Assembly (NCBI GenBank): GCA_031459625.1
Contig: JAVKIH010000009.1
Location: 1 to 64,000, forward strand
Length of the DNA stretch: 64,000 nucleotides
Direction: 5' to 3'
Source: Candidatus Geohabitans tengchongensis
GTDB taxonomy: Bacteria; Sysuimicrobiota; Sysuimicrobiia; Sysuimicrobiales; Humicultoraceae
Shown here piece after piece: positions 60,627-64,000 of the stretch; the first letter of the stretch is position 1; each line of letters opens with the position of its first letter. The position numbers and the translations under genes were made by a program. Under the pieces are notes generated by a model. That model had not been told where the DNA came from. It was given only the letters and a program-made list of their open reading frames with translations, and ran no database searches.

Positions 60627-61822
60627 TGCGCCCGCTCGCCGCCGTCGCCGCCACCACCGCCTCCGCCACGGGCGCGGTCGAGGACAAGGTCCGCCGCCTG
60701 CGGCGGTCGGGGCGGCCGGTGCTCAGCTTCGCCGAAGGGGAGCCCGACATCGTGACCCCGCCGGGGATCCGCCGCGCGGCGGTGCGGGCGCTGGAGGACG
60801 GGGCGACGCGCTACACCGATCCGGCGGGGACGCTGGAACTGCGGGAAGCGATCGCCGCGCACCTGGCCCGGGGCGGCTGGGGGACGTACGCCGCCGACCA
60901 GATCGTCGTCACCGCGGGGGCCAAGGCGGCCATCTACACGGCACTCGCGGTCCTGTGCGACCCCGGCGACGAGGTCCTCATCCCCACGCCCTGCTGGGTC
61001 TCCTTCCCCGAACAGGTGCGCCTCCTGCGCGCCCGCCCGGTGCTCGTGCCCAGCGACCGAGGTTTCCTGCCGGATGAGGGGGCGATCGCCGACGCCATCA
61101 CGGACCGGACCAAGGTCCTCATCCTCAACACGCCGCACAACCCCACCGGCGCCGTCTACCCGCCGGCGCAGGTCGACCGGCTCGTGCGCCTGTGCGCCGC
61201 CCGCGGCGTCTACACCCTCCTGGACGCGGTCTACACCTACTTCACCTACCCGGAGCCGCAGGCTCCGCCGGCGCTGGAGCCGCGCGAGGCCGTCCTGCTG
61301 GTGGACTCCTTCTCCAAGACCTACGCCATGACGGGGTGGCGTCTGGGCTATGCGGCCGGCCCCCGGCGGGTCCTGCAGGCCATGGCGGCCTACCAGAGCC
61401 ATAGCGCAGGCAACCCCAACGCCCCGGCGCAGGCCGCCGGGGTGTGGGCGCTCGCCCACGGCGACGACGGGGGTGCCCTGCGGGCCGCCTACCGCCGGCG
61501 CCGCGACCTCATCGTCGCCGGCCTGCAGCGCCTGCCCGGCATCGCCTGCCCGCTCCCCGACGGAGCCTTCTACGTCTTCCCGGACGTCCGGGGCGTCTAC
61601 CCTCGCCTGCCGGCGGGCTACCCGCGGAGTGCCGCCGGCGTGGCGCGGTGGTGGCTGGAGGAGGCGGGGGTGGCCACGGTGCCGGGCGAGGCCTTCGCCT
61701 GGCCGGGGCACGTGCGCTTCTGCTACACCCCGCCGGAGGCGGTGATCGAGGAGGCCCTGGCCCGGCTGGCCGATCTCATGGACCGCCGCCCCATCGGGGC
61801 CAGCGGTGGAAAGGGGGCGTGA
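60626..61822 (+). CDS. PLP-dependent class I/II aminotransferase
   Basis: GEPD, GAK.A, NTPHNPTG, DAVY, SFSKTYAMTGWRLG, GAFYVFP. Confidence 0.92.
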   Translation: MRPLAAVAATTASATGAVEDKVRRLRRSGRPVLSFAEGEPDIVTPPGIRRAAVRALEDGATRYTDPAGTLELREAIAAHLARGGWGTYAADQIVVTAGAKAAIYTALAVLCDPGDEVLIPTPCWVSFPEQVRLLRARPVLVPSDRGFLPDEGAIADAITDRTKVLILNTPHNPTGAVYPPAQVDRLVRLCAARGVYTLLDAVYTYFTYPEPQAPPALEPREAVLLVDSFSKTYAMTGWRLGYAAGPRRVLQAMAAYQSHSAGNPNAPAQAAGVWALAHGDDGGALRAAYRRRRDLIVAGLQRLPGIACPLPDGAFYVFPDVRGVYPRLPAGYPRSAAGVARWWLEEAGVATVPGEAFAWPGHVRFCYTPPEAVIEEALARLADLMDRRPIGASGGKGA

Positions 61823-61829
61823 GGAGACC

Positions 61830-62504
61830 GTGCGCGACGACGTGACCGTTCGCTACCGCACCGCCACCGAGCACGCCTTCATCACCCTGAAGCGGTGGAT
61901 CACCGCCGGGGTGCTGGCGCCCGGGGCGAGCATCGATCAGGCGGAGCTGAGCCAGCGCCTGGGGATGAGCCGGGTGCCGGTGCGCACGGCGCTGGAGCGC
62001 TTGGCCAGCGAGGGGCTCGTGGCGCTGACGCCGCGCCGAGGTGCCGTGGTGATGCCGCTCTCCCTGCAGGAGATGTCCGACCTGTACGTCGTGCGCTGCC
62101 ACCTGGAAGGCCTGGCCACGGAGCTGGCCGCCGACCGGCTCACCGAGGCGGACGTCGAGGCCCTGGCGCGCATCCTCGCCCAGACCGAGGAGGAGGTCCG
62201 GCGGGGCGACCTGGAGGCCTTCCTGGCCAGCAACCGGGCGTTCCACATGCGCATCTACGCCGCCAGCGGGAACGCCGTGCTGATCCGCGTGATCGGCGGG
62301 CTGTGGGACCTCAGCGAGCGCTACCGCCGGGCCTACCTGCAGCTCCCCGCGCGCGCGGAGGAGTCCACCGCCGAGCACCGCCACATCTTCGACCTCCTCC
62401 GGGCGCGCCGCGGGGTGGAGGCGGCGGCCTTCATGCGCGAGCACAACGCCAAGACCATGCGGGTGCTGGCCGAGTACTACGGGCGGGAGGGCGGGGGGGC
62501 ATGA
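61830..62504 (+). CDS. GntR family regulator, FCD subfamily
   Basis: ELSQRLGMSRVPVRTAL..L..EGLV, NRAFH..I..ASGN, EH..I. Confidence 0.92.
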   Translation: MRDDVTVRYRTATEHAFITLKRWITAGVLAPGASIDQAELSQRLGMSRVPVRTALERLASEGLVALTPRRGAVVMPLSLQEMSDLYVVRCHLEGLATELAADRLTEADVEALARILAQTEEEVRRGDLEAFLASNRAFHMRIYAASGNAVLIRVIGGLWDLSERYRRAYLQLPARAEESTAEHRHIFDLLRARRGVEAAAFMREHNAKTMRVLAEYYGREGGGA

Positions 62505-63343
62505 CCGGACCGTCGCGCGAGGCGGCCCTGACCGTGCGCGTCCTGTCGCAGCAGGAGGCCGGCGAGCGGCTGCGGCGGGCGGGGCTGCTGGCCGGGCGGG
62601 CGCTGCTCGTGGGGGCGGCGCTGCTGGCCTGGAGCGCCGCCTCGGGGACGGTGGTAGACGCCCAGTTCGTCAGCGACCCGCTCTCGGTCGCCCGCGCCCT
62701 CGCCGCACTGGCCGCGTCCGGGCGGCTGTGGCCGAACCTGGGCCAGACCGTGGCGGAGGTCCTCATCGGCTACCTCCTTGGCGGGGGGCTCGGGGTGGCG
62801 GTGGCCCTACTGGTGGGGGTCGTCCCCACCGCGCAGCGCGTCCTGCGCCCCTTCCTCCTGGCGTTCTACGCCATCCCGAAGATCGCGCTCGCCCCGCTGA
62901 TCGTCATGTGGTTCGGGCTGGGCCTCGCCCCCAAGGTGCTGCTGGCGGCGATCTTCGTCTTCTTCGTGGTCTTCATGAACGTCGTCACCGGGATCTTCAG
63001 CGTGAGCCCCCACCTGGTGGCCACGCTGCGCGTCATGGGCGCCTCGCGCACGACGCTGCTCTGGAAGGTGACGCTGCCGAGCACGATCCCCTACCTGACC
63101 TCGGGGCTGCGCATCGGCATCCCGGAGGCGATGATCGGCGCGGTCATCGGGGAGTTCATGGCGGCCACGCGCGGGTTGGGCTACCTGGTCAACGCCGCGG
63201 CCGCGCAGTTCAACACGACGGTGACGCTGGCGGCCATCGCCGCGCTGGTCGGCGTCGTCGTCCTCATGGACGGGGTCCTGACCCTGGCGGAGGCGCGGCT
63301 GCTCCGGTGGCGCCCCCGGGCGGTGCTGGCCGGCCGGGCCTGA
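62501..63343 (+). CDS. ABC permease, TauC/SsuC-like (second)
   Basis: IPKIALAPLIVMWFGLG, MGAS, GAVIGEF. Confidence 0.9.
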   Translation: MTGPSREAALTVRVLSQQEAGERLRRAGLLAGRALLVGAALLAWSAASGTVVDAQFVSDPLSVARALAALAASGRLWPNLGQTVAEVLIGYLLGGGLGVAVALLVGVVPTAQRVLRPFLLAFYAIPKIALAPLIVMWFGLGLAPKVLLAAIFVFFVVFMNVVTGIFSVSPHLVATLRVMGASRTTLLWKVTLPSTIPYLTSGLRIGIPEAMIGAVIGEFMAATRGLGYLVNAAAAQFNTTVTLAAIAALVGVVVLMDGVLTLAEARLLRWRPRAVLAGRA

Positions 63344-63402
63344 CGGACTGTCGAGACGGCGGGCCTGAGGGCCCGCCGAGACGGTGGGAGGAGGTGGCAG
63401 GA

Positions 63403-64000
63403 GTGCAGAGGACGTGGAGGAGGTTGCTCGGGCTCGCCCTGGCGGCCGCGCTGGTGGTGGGGTCCGTCGCCGTCGCTCCGACGGCGGCCGCGCCGACGCG
63501 GGTGAAGCAGGCCGGGTTCAAGGTGGTGGACCTGGCCGTCCCCTTCCTGGCCCAGGCCCGCGGCGCCTTCGCCCGCCACGGGCTGGCCTGGGAGTACGTC
63601 GAGATCGACAGCGGGAAGCTCGGCGTCTCGGCGTTGCTCAGCGGCAACGTCCAGTTCGTCGACCTGGCCCTGGACGACGTCGTCGCCCTCCAGCGGGAGG
63701 GCCGCGACCCGATTCTCGTCTACTCCATGGTCAACGCCCTGACCATGGACCTGGTGGTCCGGAACGACGTGCTGGCGCGGCTCGGCGTCACGCCCCGCTC
63801 CCCGCTGGAGGCCCGCTTGAAGGCCCTGCGCGGCCTCACCTTCGGCATCACCCGGCCGGGGGCGGTGACGCAGCTCTTCCCCCAGTACCTGTTGCGCAAG
63901 GCCGGCTACGACCCGGAGAAGGACGCCACCTTCGTCCAGGTCGGCCCGGGGCAGGCCCTGGTCGCGGCGATGAAGAGCCGGCGCATCGACGCCTTCATGC
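63403..64000 (+). CDS. ABC substrate-binding protein, NMT1/SsuA-like (3'-truncated by window)
   Basis: Read manually: signal peptide, then LAQARGAFARHGL, ALLSGNVQF, GITRPG, AGYDP, IDAF. Confidence 0.85.
   Translation, partial: MQRTWRRLLGLALAAALVVGSVAVAPTAAAPTRVKQAGFKVVDLAVPFLAQARGAFARHGLAWEYVEIDSGKLGVSALLSGNVQFVDLALDDVVALQREGRDPILVYSMVNALTMDLVVRNDVLARLGVTPRSPLEARLKALRGLTFGITRPGAVTQLFPQYLLRKAGYDPEKDATFVQVGPGQALVAAMKSRRIDAFM

Overview
High-GC bacterial chromosomal segment, roughly 70-75% GC by eye, with about 60 CDSs. I found no rRNA, tRNA, CRISPR array, transposase or integrase. It opens with housekeeping genes (dnaG end, rpoD/sigA, ahcY, comF-like, aminotransferase) and a small PAS / MBL hydrolase / nucleotidyltransferase / CBS cluster. 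Four large transport-plus-catabolism operons follow. (1) 13.6-35 kb, IclR-led: LeuCD-like hydratase, ICL/PEP-mutase lyase, cyclic amidohydrolase, two active-site-remodelled M20 enzymes, DUF3891, a three-subunit Mo-hydroxylase, a Cys-free racemase and two ABC systems; probably an undescribed N-heterocycle pathway. (2) 39-48 kb, minus strand: two LLM oxidoreductases, M24 peptidase, ThrC-like enzyme, peptide ABC and a GntR/UTRA regulator. (3) 48.2-55.9 kb: DHDPS-like aldolase, polyamine-type ABC, enolase-family enzyme, deacetylase and SDR. (4) 56.2-64 kb: an orphan dipicolinate-synthase-A (SpoVFA/DpaA)-like dehydrogenase, TauT-type ABC, isochorismatase, DoeA-like hydrolase, aminotransferase and GntR. 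Operons 3 and 4 share a 38-bp upstream element (31/38 identical), which suggests one regulon. Four genes carry single-base indels in short homopolymers, which may be assembly errors. All functional calls come from motif recognition by eye; no database searches were run.
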